Below, piece by piece: positions 20,121 through 30,500 of a stretch of DNA of 41,943 nt. The notes below the pieces were generated by a model. That model did not search any database. It saw nothing but the letters and a program-made list of their open reading frames with translations, and was not told the DNA's origin. The stretch's first letter is position 1; every line of letters starts with the position of its first letter. This DNA comes from Candidatus Thorarchaeota archaeon SMTZ1-45 (GTDB lineage: Archaea; Asgardarchaeota; Thorarchaeia; Thorarchaeales; Thorarchaeaceae). Location of the stretch: the NCBI GenBank assembly GCA_001563335.1, contig LRSL01000075.1, positions 1 through 41,943 of the forward strand. The letters run 5' to 3'. The position numbers and the translations under genes were made by a program.

Positions 20121-21245
20121 ATGACTGCATTGATTGACCAGGAATTCATCTCTACCAAATGGCCAACTCTCAGCAAGATGATCTATTTGGATAATGCTTC
20201 CGTAGGCATTCCTCCAATTGACACGTTTAATGCAATGAAACAATATCTAGAAGATAGATCTGAGGCTATTGGAGAGTTCGAGGATACTCTAAATTCATTC
20301 AAAGAGATTCGACAAAACCTGGCAAAGTTGTTGGGTGGTGATTATAGTCAATATGGCTTTGTGCCAAGTACAAGCGAAGGAATAAACTCCATTGCTCACA
20401 GTGTTGAGTATCCCATAGGTTCAAATGTTGTCATTTGCGACCTTGAATTTCCAGCTAACTATGTTCCCTGGCAAAATGCAAGTAGATTTTATGGTTTTGA
20501 ACTGAGAGTAGTCAAGTCTAGAAATGGTGCAGTTTCACTTAAGGGATTTAGTGGGCAAGTAGATGAAAAAACCAAGATCATCGCTATCAGTCAAATCCAG
20601 TTTGGTTCAGGTTATAGATCAGATTTGGCAGAGCTTTCGAAACTCGCACATGATAATTCTGCTCTAATTGTAGCAGATATCATCCAAGCAGCAGGATGTT
20701 TTGACACTGACTTGTCTAAGCTTGGAGTGGACTTTGCTACTGGACAAGCTGCAAAGTGGATGTTGGGACCCATTGGAGCAGGTTACATCTATGTCAACGA
20801 ATCCGTGATTAATGAACTTCAACCTCGATTCTTAGGCTGGTGGGGAGTTGAGAATCTGATGGAATTTGAATACTTTGAACGAGTTCCATTTCCTGATGCA
20901 CGGAAGTTCCAAGTAGGTTCTCCTGCAATGATTGCCTACGTTGGATTTCTAGAGTCACTTAAGGTGCTCCTCCAAATTGATGGGAAGACAAGAGAGAGAG
21001 TAGCTATGGACAATGCAGACTATCTAAGACAAAGACTTTTAGAAATCAATATCCCATTCTATGATTTTGGTCAAAACCATAATTCATCTATAGTTTCATG
21101 TAAACCAAATGATGTGGAGAAACTACACGAGGATCTCTTGAAGGATAGAATTCATTGCTCTGTTAGAAATGGGAGATTAAGAATCTCACCACATTTCTAC
21201 AACAACCATGCAGAGATTGACAGATTAATAGAGTATCTGAGGTGA
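20121..21245 (+). CDS. Class V PLP aminotransferase-fold enzyme
   Basis: YLDNAS, DIIQAAG, AAKWMLGP (PLP Lys), RISPHFYN. Confidence 0.88.
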   Translation: MTALIDQEFISTKWPTLSKMIYLDNASVGIPPIDTFNAMKQYLEDRSEAIGEFEDTLNSFKEIRQNLAKLLGGDYSQYGFVPSTSEGINSIAHSVEYPIGSNVVICDLEFPANYVPWQNASRFYGFELRVVKSRNGAVSLKGFSGQVDEKTKIIAISQIQFGSGYRSDLAELSKLAHDNSALIVADIIQAAGCFDTDLSKLGVDFATGQAAKWMLGPIGAGYIYVNESVINELQPRFLGWWGVENLMEFEYFERVPFPDARKFQVGSPAMIAYVGFLESLKVLLQIDGKTRERVAMDNADYLRQRLLEINIPFYDFGQNHNSSIVSCKPNDVEKLHEDLLKDRIHCSVRNGRLRISPHFYNNHAEIDRLIEYLR

Positions 21246-21249
21246 TTTT

Positions 21250-21933
21250 ATGCTTGATCAGATAACGGACTCAATTTATTTCATTGTCAGCCGATCTTTC
21301 GACTCAAACATCAGCTATATCAAATCAGGAGATCATGAGATTTTAATCGATACAGGAACAGGTCTTTATGCCTCTTCTCTGGACAAGGATCTACAATCCC
21401 AGGGATCTTCACTTGAAAGAATTACTGATGTTGTCCTTACCCACTGTCATATTGATCATATTGGTGGTGTCATCCCCCTGTTGGAAAGAGGTTCGCCCAA
21501 GCTCTATCTTCACAAGGCTGAAGCTGTGCCAATCAATAGTGGAGATATGAGTCAAACACTTGGTGCTACATTTGGAGCAGACCTACCACCAATCAAAATC
21601 GATGTGTTATTAGATGAAGGAAGTTTGATTGATTTTGGCGAAATAAAGCTGAGAGTATTTCACACCCCGGGACACTCTGAAGGGAGTATAGTAATGCAAG
21701 TGGAGGGATCTGGGATTCTCTTCACAGGAGATACATTATTCCCTGGAGGTAGTTTTGGGAGAGTTGATTTCCCCACAGGAAGTCCTGAGAAACTTGTTGC
21801 ATCTCTTAAACGAATTTCAGAAATGGATTTTGAGATTGGTCTTCCTGGACACATGAATGCTATGATGTATAATGCTAGAAAATCTGCACTCACATCCTAT
21901 CAAATGGCTAAAAATTGGTTCGGGATAAGGTAA
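21250..21933 (+). CDS. Metallo-beta-lactamase-fold hydrolase
   Basis: THCHIDH, HTPGHS, FTGD, PGH. Confidence 0.92.
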   Translation: MLDQITDSIYFIVSRSFDSNISYIKSGDHEILIDTGTGLYASSLDKDLQSQGSSLERITDVVLTHCHIDHIGGVIPLLERGSPKLYLHKAEAVPINSGDMSQTLGATFGADLPPIKIDVLLDEGSLIDFGEIKLRVFHTPGHSEGSIVMQVEGSGILFTGDTLFPGGSFGRVDFPTGSPEKLVASLKRISEMDFEIGLPGHMNAMMYNARKSALTSYQMAKNWFGIR

Positions 21934-22136
21934 ATGACAATCAAAATGGCGATTGTAATACTGAGATAATGTCCCATATTCTACTAAGTAAAGAATATAT
22001 GAGATAAATCGATTGAACGTGAGTACCGATGGTGGCTATAACAGTGGAAAAGCCGTCGGAGTATATGTTCAAAACGGACACTCCAGCCATTTAAATGGCA
22101 GGGAGTTAAACAGAAAAGGACAAAAACAGTCCATCG

Positions 22137-22985
22137 GTGGGTGTGGAATACTTGGCAGACTCTTCTCGTGACTTGGACGAACTCCTTAAGGAGTTCAAGC
22201 CCGAGAAGAAAGCACGTTTTCAAGCCTTTGACAAAGTAGTCAATGCTCTCAATACACCCAGCCAGTCACTATTTGTACTAGACAATGATAATGAGGTAGA
22301 TACGTTCCAAAGAGAATTCAATCAATTCCTAGTATCTACCGGAAGAATGGAAGATGGAGGAGAACTTCCATACTATATGGTTCGAATTGGGTACGATGGA
22401 GATATGTTGGATGACATGTTTCGACTGATTGTATCAAATGAATCTGAAAACTTCAAACCAGCCTCCCTTGATGTAAACATGCTTTATTCCAAACAAGCGA
22501 TTTTCCAGCACCTCTACCAATTAATAACGAAGGAGAAATACATCATATTCCATATTCCAGAATTCCCTCTGGCATATTATTTCGAAACTGCTGTTGTCGT
22601 TGATGTTGAAGACCTGTCAGATGTCATGGATCCTACAGTTCATGATGATACAATCATTCGATATCTCAATGACCTTCGTGAACAGGGAACAGAGGAACAT
22701 AGGAAGACGTATAGCTTCTTCTATAGAATTAGTACATCTTTGTTAATGGAATTCTCGAATGTCTTTCTTGTTGCTCCAACTGCTGGAATGAATAGACACA
22801 TGTGTGTCACCAGCTGGCGAACTCAAACACTTCTTCTTGGATTTAGTCCACTTACTTGGTCATCAGGTAGTTTTCGAGTCTTTGACCTCAGTGGCAGAGA
22901 TATTGATGCAAGATGGGCATATCCTGCACCACAGTCAGATGATCCAAGAATCAAGCAATATACACGTATTGTTCCCTTCGAGTAA
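22137..22985 (+). CDS. Hypothetical protein
   Basis: 282-aa ORF with protein-like composition; start uncertain; no recognised motif. Confidence 0.55.
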   Translation: MGVEYLADSSRDLDELLKEFKPEKKARFQAFDKVVNALNTPSQSLFVLDNDNEVDTFQREFNQFLVSTGRMEDGGELPYYMVRIGYDGDMLDDMFRLIVSNESENFKPASLDVNMLYSKQAIFQHLYQLITKEKYIIFHIPEFPLAYYFETAVVVDVEDLSDVMDPTVHDDTIIRYLNDLREQGTEEHRKTYSFFYRISTSLLMEFSNVFLVAPTAGMNRHMCVTSWRTQTLLLGFSPLTWSSGSFRVFDLSGRDIDARWAYPAPQSDDPRIKQYTRIVPFE

Positions 22986-23100
22986 TGGGACACATCTTGT
23001 GGTTTGTCAATAAATGGGTAAATATGTAATATATATACACGTATATACCCATCACTGAATGTATAAAGAATATTTAATACGCAACCAAATAGAGAAGGAA

Positions 23101-24042
23101 TTGACTGACACCTTGACAACACAACAGGATTCAGTACAGACAGCAAAGGCATTCGTGCCAGGTCATATTACTGGGATCTTTCGTATCTTTGACGAGTATG
23201 ATGATCCCCTCCGTTGTGGTTCAATGGGTGCGGGATTCTCAGTGACCATCGGAACAGTCACTTCTGTGTCTGTGGTGGATCACCCAACACTAGAGATTAC
23301 AACTGAATACAACAAACAAAGTGTAGATGCAAAAGTCACAAAGACGGTGGTACAGAGATTGGCTGAAGAATACGAGAGGACGCTCAGAGTTCATGTCGAG
23401 CATGATTCCTCTCTTATTATTGGAGCTGGTTTTGGAGCCTCTGGAGCAGGCGCTTTAGGCACAGCTCTTGCTTTCAGTCATCTACTTGATCATGATATTG
23501 AATATGAAAAGGCTGCAGGGTTCGCACACACTGCTGAGATTATGAACCATACAGGTCTAGGAGATGTACTTGCACAGACTGTTGGTGGGATTGAAGTACG
23601 ACTTCAAGCTGGTGGTCCAGGTATAGGGAAGATTAAGAGGATTGAGCACCAAGACGCGCTACAAGCAGTCCTTGCTGGTGCCCCAGGGCTCGAAACTTCA
23701 AAAGTTCTGACCAATCCTTCATCGCGAGCACGAATCAATTCAATTGGTGACAGATTAGTATCAAGAATCATAGATGATCCAAGAATTGAAATCCTAATTG
23801 AGTGTTCTCGCGAATTTTCTGAAAAGATAGGATTGAGAACTACTAGAGTGGAGCAAGCACTAGCCAATCTTGATAATGTTGGACTTTTCAACTCTAGTAT
23901 GGTCATGTTGGGTGACTCTGTGTTCTGTTTCTGTTATGAACAAGAAACAAAAATTGCACAGGAGATCCTACTACAATATTGGAACAATTCTGAAGTGTTT
24001 GTATCCAAGATTGCCCCAGAGGGTGGGAGGTTGCTCAGTTGA
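23101..24042 (+). CDS. pok: Pantoate kinase
   Basis: AFVPGHITGIF, GS.GAG, GHMP motif GAGFGASGA, TGLGDV, MLGDSVF. Start approximate. Confidence 0.9.
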   Translation: MTDTLTTQQDSVQTAKAFVPGHITGIFRIFDEYDDPLRCGSMGAGFSVTIGTVTSVSVVDHPTLEITTEYNKQSVDAKVTKTVVQRLAEEYERTLRVHVEHDSSLIIGAGFGASGAGALGTALAFSHLLDHDIEYEKAAGFAHTAEIMNHTGLGDVLAQTVGGIEVRLQAGGPGIGKIKRIEHQDALQAVLAGAPGLETSKVLTNPSSRARINSIGDRLVSRIIDDPRIEILIECSREFSEKIGLRTTRVEQALANLDNVGLFNSSMVMLGDSVFCFCYEQETKIAQEILLQYWNNSEVFVSKIAPEGGRLLS

Positions 24043-24851
24043 CAAAAATCGAAATACCTCTAAACCATCCAAGAAGGATTTCATTGGAAACAAGGGAGAG
24101 AGTAATTGAGGGGCATGAGTCAAACATTGTTGCCACTGCAGGTCTATTAGCCCATGGAAGAGGTGAGGCTTTCGACTACCTGATAGGTGAAAAAACCACT
24201 GAGCTTGCAGAGCATGCTATTCGTGCAGCAGTGGCAGCTATGCTATCTGCTGACCATCCAGTAATAAGCGTGAATGGTAATGTATGTTCACTTGTACCAG
24301 AAGATATTGTGAAGCTATCAAAGATTTGTAATGCACCCTTGGAGATTAATTTGTTCTACTATCGTAAGGAACGTGAAGATGCAATTAAGAGAGCTCTTAT
24401 GGAAGTAGGTGCAAAAGAAATACTAGGTACTCATGATCGACCTTCGGCCATAATCCCTGAGCTAAGCAGTAATCGTAGAAAAGTGGATCCCAATGGAATT
24501 GGAGCAGCTGATGTAATTCTGGTCCCACTAGAAGATGGTGATAGAACTGAGGCATTGAAGGCCATAGGAAAATTCGTTATAACAATCGATTTGAACCCGA
24601 TGAGTAGAACTGCAATTCATTCAGATATTACCATTGTCGACAACATAACTCGAGCCTTACCTTTGATGGTAGAAAAAGCACGAGATATGAAGAAGCTTGC
24701 CAAGGATGAACTTCGTAAGATCACAAGGGGATTTGATAATTCTGAGAATCTTGCCATGTCAGTACAGATAATAATGAAACATCTCGAGGAAAGTGCCAAT
24801 AACATTGGCAAACTAAGAACTAAATTCAAAGCTGGAGCGAATTATAAATGA
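24039..24851 (+). CDS. pps: Phosphopantothenate synthetase
   Basis: HPR..SL, AHGRGEAFDYLIGE, VPLEDGDR, IDLNP.SRT. Overlaps the pok stop. Confidence 0.95.
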   Translation: MTKIEIPLNHPRRISLETRERVIEGHESNIVATAGLLAHGRGEAFDYLIGEKTTELAEHAIRAAVAAMLSADHPVISVNGNVCSLVPEDIVKLSKICNAPLEINLFYYRKEREDAIKRALMEVGAKEILGTHDRPSAIIPELSSNRRKVDPNGIGAADVILVPLEDGDRTEALKAIGKFVITIDLNPMSRTAIHSDITIVDNITRALPLMVEKARDMKKLAKDELRKITRGFDNSENLAMSVQIIMKHLEESANNIGKLRTKFKAGANYK

Positions 24852-25834
24852 AGATTGTTGTTGTGGGGTCAGGAGCCATTGGAAGTCTTTATGGAGCATT
24901 CCTGAGTCGACTTAAAGACACAGAGGTCATCCTAATAGGTAGGAATCCTCACGTATCTGCAATTCAGTCCAAAGGTCTTATGATTAAGGGAATCCTTGGA
25001 GACCATTTCTTCAAGCTTAAGGCTATGAAACATGCATCTGAAGTAGACAAGGCGGATCTTGTAATTGTCACAACAAAGACTTATGACACGCTCACAGCGG
25101 CGAAGAGTGCAAAACATCTCATTGATGGTGGAGCATCAATGCTCCTGATTCAAAATGGTCTCGGGACTGAAGACTTGGTAGCTAAAGCTCTCCATACTAC
25201 CAAAGTCTTACGAGCAACAACTTGTATGGGGGCACTTAAAACATCACCTGGAGTTGTTACAGCCACAGGTTGCGGCCTCACAGAGATTGGTTCAAGATTT
25301 CATGAGAACTATGAGCTAGTAGAAAAGCTTGAAGCAATGTTGAAACAGGTGGGTTTCGATGTTCGTTCGAGTGACAATATCGAAGGAGTCGTTTGGACTA
25401 AGACCCTTGTTAATTGTGGTATCAACCCTGTTGGCGCTTTGACTGGGCTTTCTAATGGAGAAGTCTACAAGAATAAGGCACTTCGTGGCTTGATTGTTAG
25501 ACTTGTGGAAGAAGCAGTCAAAGTTGTGAAAGCTTTAAACATAGAACTCACAACAGAGGATCCTGTTAGATACGCACTCGGAACAGCTAAAGCAACAGGG
25601 AACAACATTAACTCAATGCTCCAAGATCTCCAAGCAGGAAAACGAACAGAGATAGATGCGATAACTGGCGAGATTATCAGATTGGCGAAAGAACATGGTA
25701 TTGATACGCCATCGAATGAGGCGGTCTATGCTCTTGTCAAAGCTCTTGAATCTAGGTGCATCGAAGAAGGCAAGCAGCTATCTGATTTGGACATTCTTGC
25801 TGTTGATGACCTTGTTGAGGCTATAACAAGGTGA
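24848..25834 (+). CDS. panE: Ketopantoate reductase
   Basis: GSGAIG, QNGLG, W.K..VN..INP, SMLQD...K.TEID. Confidence 0.93.
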   Translation: MKIVVVGSGAIGSLYGAFLSRLKDTEVILIGRNPHVSAIQSKGLMIKGILGDHFFKLKAMKHASEVDKADLVIVTTKTYDTLTAAKSAKHLIDGGASMLLIQNGLGTEDLVAKALHTTKVLRATTCMGALKTSPGVVTATGCGLTEIGSRFHENYELVEKLEAMLKQVGFDVRSSDNIEGVVWTKTLVNCGINPVGALTGLSNGEVYKNKALRGLIVRLVEEAVKVVKALNIELTTEDPVRYALGTAKATGNNINSMLQDLQAGKRTEIDAITGEIIRLAKEHGIDTPSNEAVYALVKALESRCIEEGKQLSDLDILAVDDLVEAITR

Positions 25835-27081
25835 TTGCCTTGGTCGACCATACATCCAAGCTTATCAAAGGAACTCTAAGTAACCTACTGGAAGGAAAGA
25901 CAATTGCGCTTGGAATCACCGGGAGTGTAGGAGCAGTTGAATGCGTTGCCTTGGCTCGTACACTAATGCGTCATGGAGCTGAAGTTCAAACAGTAATGAG
26001 TCGCATGGCTCAAAGAATCATCCACCCGCATCTTATGGAGTGGGCTACGGGTAATCCAGTCATTACTGAACTCACAGGGCAAATTGAGCACATTACACTC
26101 GCAGGCAAACACGAGAGTCACGTCGATTTACTTCTAATTGCCCCTTCGACAGCCAATACAATTGGTAAAATTGCAAATGGTATAGATGATACACCGGTTA
26201 CAACTACGGCTTCGTCAGCAATAGGTGCACGAATTCCAATGATAATTGTACCAGCTATGCATGAATCAATGTATGATCATCCCGTAGTGATTGAGAACAT
26301 TGAGAAGTTGAGGAGGATGGGAATCACAATTGTTTCACCACGAATGGAAGAAGCGAAAGCAAAGATTCCAGAGGTGAGAACAATCGTGGAACATGTCCTG
26401 AAAGTATTGGGACCGAGAGACCTCGAAGGAAAACATTTCATCGTCACAGCAGGACCAACAAGAGGATGGATAGATAGAGTTCGATATGTAACAAATCCAT
26501 CTACAGGAAAAATGGGTATTGCTGTAGCTGGAGAGTTGATTAGAAGAGGAGCTACTGTGAGTCTGGTCTTGGGTCCGACTACAGAACAGGGTCCAGATCT
26601 CGCAGATATTCATAGAGTGTCAACATCAGCGGAGATGCTCGACACTGTGATGTCTCAGCTTTCAGCTCGTAAAACGGATGCTTTCATATCTACGGCAGCT
26701 GTTCTTGATTATGTTCCATCTAAGAAAGAAGATAGTAAGATGGCATCAGGTACAGAGAGCCTCAATATCGAACTCATACCCACAAAGAAAATCATTGAAG
26801 AAGCTAGGAAAACACACAAAGATCTGTTCATCGTTGGGTTCAAGGTTGAATCAGGAGTCACGGATGAAGAACTTGCAAAGAGAGCAATGATAAAAATTGA
26901 AAGAGGAATATGCGATCTTGTTGTGGCAAATGACGAACAGAGAAAAGGTGTTGCGTTCGGAACAGACACAAATGCTGTTTTGATTGTTGGCACTAATGGC
27001 TATACGAAGAGTGTAGAGCTTGCCCCTAAGATTGTGATAGCACGTCACATTGTTGATGAAATAGTTCAGAGAATGAAATGA
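25831..27081 (+). CDS. coaBC: Phosphopantothenoylcysteine decarboxylase/ligase
   Basis: GITGSV, APSTANT, PAMHESM, TAGPT, TNPSTGKMG, VGFK.E, VVAND. Confidence 0.95.
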   Translation: MIALVDHTSKLIKGTLSNLLEGKTIALGITGSVGAVECVALARTLMRHGAEVQTVMSRMAQRIIHPHLMEWATGNPVITELTGQIEHITLAGKHESHVDLLLIAPSTANTIGKIANGIDDTPVTTTASSAIGARIPMIIVPAMHESMYDHPVVIENIEKLRRMGITIVSPRMEEAKAKIPEVRTIVEHVLKVLGPRDLEGKHFIVTAGPTRGWIDRVRYVTNPSTGKMGIAVAGELIRRGATVSLVLGPTTEQGPDLADIHRVSTSAEMLDTVMSQLSARKTDAFISTAAVLDYVPSKKEDSKMASGTESLNIELIPTKKIIEEARKTHKDLFIVGFKVESGVTDEELAKRAMIKIERGICDLVVANDEQRKGVAFGTDTNAVLIVGTNGYTKSVELAPKIVIARHIVDEIVQRMK

Positions 27082-27085
27082 TGCA

Positions 27086-27448
27086 TCATAGTATCTCGAG
27101 TAGAGAATCCGCAATTCTTCTCATATCTACAAAGATTAGACCAATTTGAGCATCAGCTTTAGCTAGTACAAGAAGAAGTGCATTTTCACCAACAGATGTA
27201 AGAAGAGTGTATCCTTTTTCGCCTTTGACATAGACTTCCTTGAAGTTGCCACGGTCCAACTCCGTCGTTGCTTTCTCACCAAGTGATAATAAACCAGCAC
27301 TTATTGCAGCCACCCTTTCCTGCTCAGTTTCAGGTAAAGCGGATGAAATCATCAAACCATCAGCTGAAACAAGAGCTGCACCCTCTACACCTGGTACTGT
27401 TTCAAAATCACGAATAGTTTTGTTGATGTTATCCACACGACTGGACAT
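27086..27448 (-). CDS. Roadblock/LC7 (MglB-like) protein
   Basis: GVEGAALVSADGLMISS, VAAISA, V.VKGEKGY, GLIF. ATG at 27448. Confidence 0.92.
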   Translation of the reverse strand: MSSRVDNINKTIRDFETVPGVEGAALVSADGLMISSALPETEQERVAAISAGLLSLGEKATTELDRGNFKEVYVKGEKGYTLLTSVGENALLLVLAKADAQIGLIFVDMRRIADSLLEIL

Positions 27449-27551
27449 ACTTGCACCCTCTAACAATCCGAACAAACGCTAGTCTGTGGCCTTTCTATAA
27501 TAACTTATTGCATCTCTTGATTTTTGGATTACTTGATTGTCATTTATATCT

Positions 27552-30500
27552 CTAGACTCCAAAGTACTCCTTCACATCAGATTTGCTGTCCTTTTCTCTC
27601 TGCAAAGCTTCTTTCTGCTTGTCTTCAGGAGAACTATCTCTTTTCCAACCTATACTATCACCACGTCGTTTCTTCCAATAGACCCATCCACCAACCACAA
27701 TGACCAGACCACCTCCAATAATACCAAGCATAACCCATGGAAACGGTCGAATAAGTATGAATTGTTCTATTGAAAGAGTGAGTGTGTCATAGCCAGCTTT
27801 GGAGGCTATGAAATATAGGTCAAATTGACCTGTATTCGCTTGGGTCCATCCACCTGTTAAAAGAATACTGTAGAATCCATTACCAGTTTCTATAGCAGTG
27901 ACTTGACTGGAGTTTAACCATATATCAAGATCTGCTGACTCAATAGGTGCCCCTACAATGTCGGTCAATTCAATAAAGATAGTAACATCATCACCTGCCC
28001 AGATTATTCTCTGACTTAGGGTTACACTCTCAAGCGTGATTGAGGGAATAACACTCCAATAGACAGCATTCTCGATTGTAGTGTTTTGGTTCGCCCCAGA
28101 CGGGAATGTAGTAGAAAAGGCCACCTTGCCCGAACCCACTGCTCCAGCGACTATCACAGGATTCAATCCATCAGTAGCAAGAACAGTTAGGTTGGCCCAA
28201 ACAGATGAAAAATGACCAGTATAATTGATAGTAGAACTCAATGCATTGGGAGAGGTCAGAAGTGGATGTGTTGCATCCACAATTGTGATTGATGTCCCAG
28301 ACCCAGTAGCTTCATACGACATAGGCCAAGGCAACCATGGTATTGATTCAGAAACTCCAAAGAGGACTAAGACTCCACCATTTCGTACATACGCATCTAG
28401 TACATTGCTGGATGATGAAAGGCTTGGTCCTAGAACATCCAAAGTATCTGGTTCAACAAGAACAATATGTCTTAGCGGAAGTAGTCGTAGAAACTCTGTG
28501 TAATTTGATACTTCATAGTAATCGAAGACGACACTCAAAGAGGTCAATGTAGAGGGCAGATATGAGGAAACACCAAGTGCTGCAACGACACCTATTCCTT
28601 GCCCAGGAACATGACCATCGAATGAACTTGTCAGAGGATTGACTGCTGCAACATGAGGAGAAGTGACTGGCTCATAAAGCTGAACTGAAGGATCGCCAAA
28701 TAGAATCTGTTGATTGGCATAATCACGTGGATCGCGTCCAATCAAGGGATCAGAGTAGTCTATCGAAGTTGTTGTAAGACCATACGAAAGTGCTTCAGAT
28801 ATCGTTGAACCAGCACACAAGGATTGAGTAAGGAGGACTGAGAGCATTCCTGCTGGACGGAAATAGACTGTTCTAGGGGCAGCTGTAACAGCTACTGCAC
28901 CGTGCTCCATCAACATTAGAGGCATTTCAGTTCCTCCAAGAAGACATGCAGTCAGTATGATGATAGGACTACCAATATTCCCAATTGCAGCATCTAGATC
29001 ATGTGATGATTTTGTTACATGATTTGCTAGTTCCTCCGGGAATGCAACAGGATTGACAAGGCTATATGAATCGGAGGGACTCTCTCTAATTGTGAGACTT
29101 TCCTCAAAACCGTATGGAGCGTCAGCATTCCTTAGTGAAAAGTATCCAACACCATATGGACGGTCTGGAGGGTCTCGTGGTAATTCAGTTAGTGTTCCGT
29201 GTGTACTCAATGACCACAAAGCCACTTGAGAGTCAAGGGTTTGAAAAACCTCATTTTGCCCCACATGACTCTCAATGGAGAAACCTGCAGCCTCGAGTGC
29301 ATCGGTTGTGTTTTCTATCTGGTATAGAACATGATAATCGTAGTTATTATCGATAAAGCTGTCACCATCAGTATATGCATACATGCTCACCAAGGAAGTA
29401 TCTGATTGGTCAGCAGTGAGGAATAGAAAACGGTGTAAAAGCCCTCGGTTGATAAGAATAGAAGCTGTGGTTGATTTAGTTGCAGGTATCCGACCAGGAT
29501 TGAAATGAGACTGAAGAGACCTATCAAAACTCAGAGGAAGAAGAGATGCAGGAGAAATGACAACAATTGGCTGAGAAAATGTTGAGTTATAGGCTCCTCT
29601 TGATGTTAGGAATGCTTCAAAACTAGCCTCAGATTCCATCATTGAATACTTATTTGGTATCCGTTCATCATACCATCCATTTTCAGCTCGATTCTCATAT
29701 TTATTGATGACATAGATGTTATTGATTTCAGGACCAATCAAATACGGAGCCCATGTTTCTTGGGCTCGTGTTGTCAGTTCATTATTGGTACCGCAGAGCG
29801 AAAACACTGGACTACCATGAACTGCTGCAGAGAAAGCGGCTGGGGCAAAGAACTCATTTCCATTACCAACTGGCACAGTGACTACAACATCTCTAGAGCC
29901 TGATAGAGATGCTATCGCTGATGTCACAAGTGGATAACTGATCAGATTGTTAAGAGCCCCATATGAACTTAGTAGAGCTGCGAGGGAACCATCTTGAAGA
30001 TTAGATGGGTCAACGAGATACAAGTTCGACACATTTAGGCGAGTAAGTGCCCAGTCTGTTTCAGTTGGTATCTGGTCTTCATAGACATAAAGTAAAGGTG
30101 CGTTTAGAAGTGATGCAAGAACAGCAGCATTTGCGGCAGATTCCATATAGAATTCAAGATCAGTGGGGAGGCTCGATATTGTCCATGAGAGGTTGATATT
30201 ATTCTGTTCTTCATTCGCGTTCATCCAAGCTGCAATTATTGTCCAATCTCCAGGCATAGGGTATGGTAGCCTAATAATTTCTCTACCAGGGTTTGAAAGG
30301 ATACTTCCAGCAGGTGCCCACATCGCAAGCCTGCCAGTCGGGTCTATGAGAGCAAGGTTGAGGTCAGTTGCTACGTTATCCCATTGGAGTGATACATTCA
30401 TCCATTTCGCATTTACCGGTACGGAGACAGTTCGTGCGTACCCTGGGTGACAGACTACCTCATTGTCCATAGTGGTTGTACCCGCTATATCACGTGTAAT

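Noticed and set aside
22013-22171. 52-codon ORF with GGYNSGKA, a possible frameshifted P-loop N-terminus of 22137-22985
   Set aside because: Lacks GK[ST] and a preceding hydrophobic strand; no supporting evidence.
23014-23052. AT-rich inverted repeats upstream of the CoA operon
   Set aside because: Low-complexity TA sequence; cannot be separated from a TATA box or a weak terminator.
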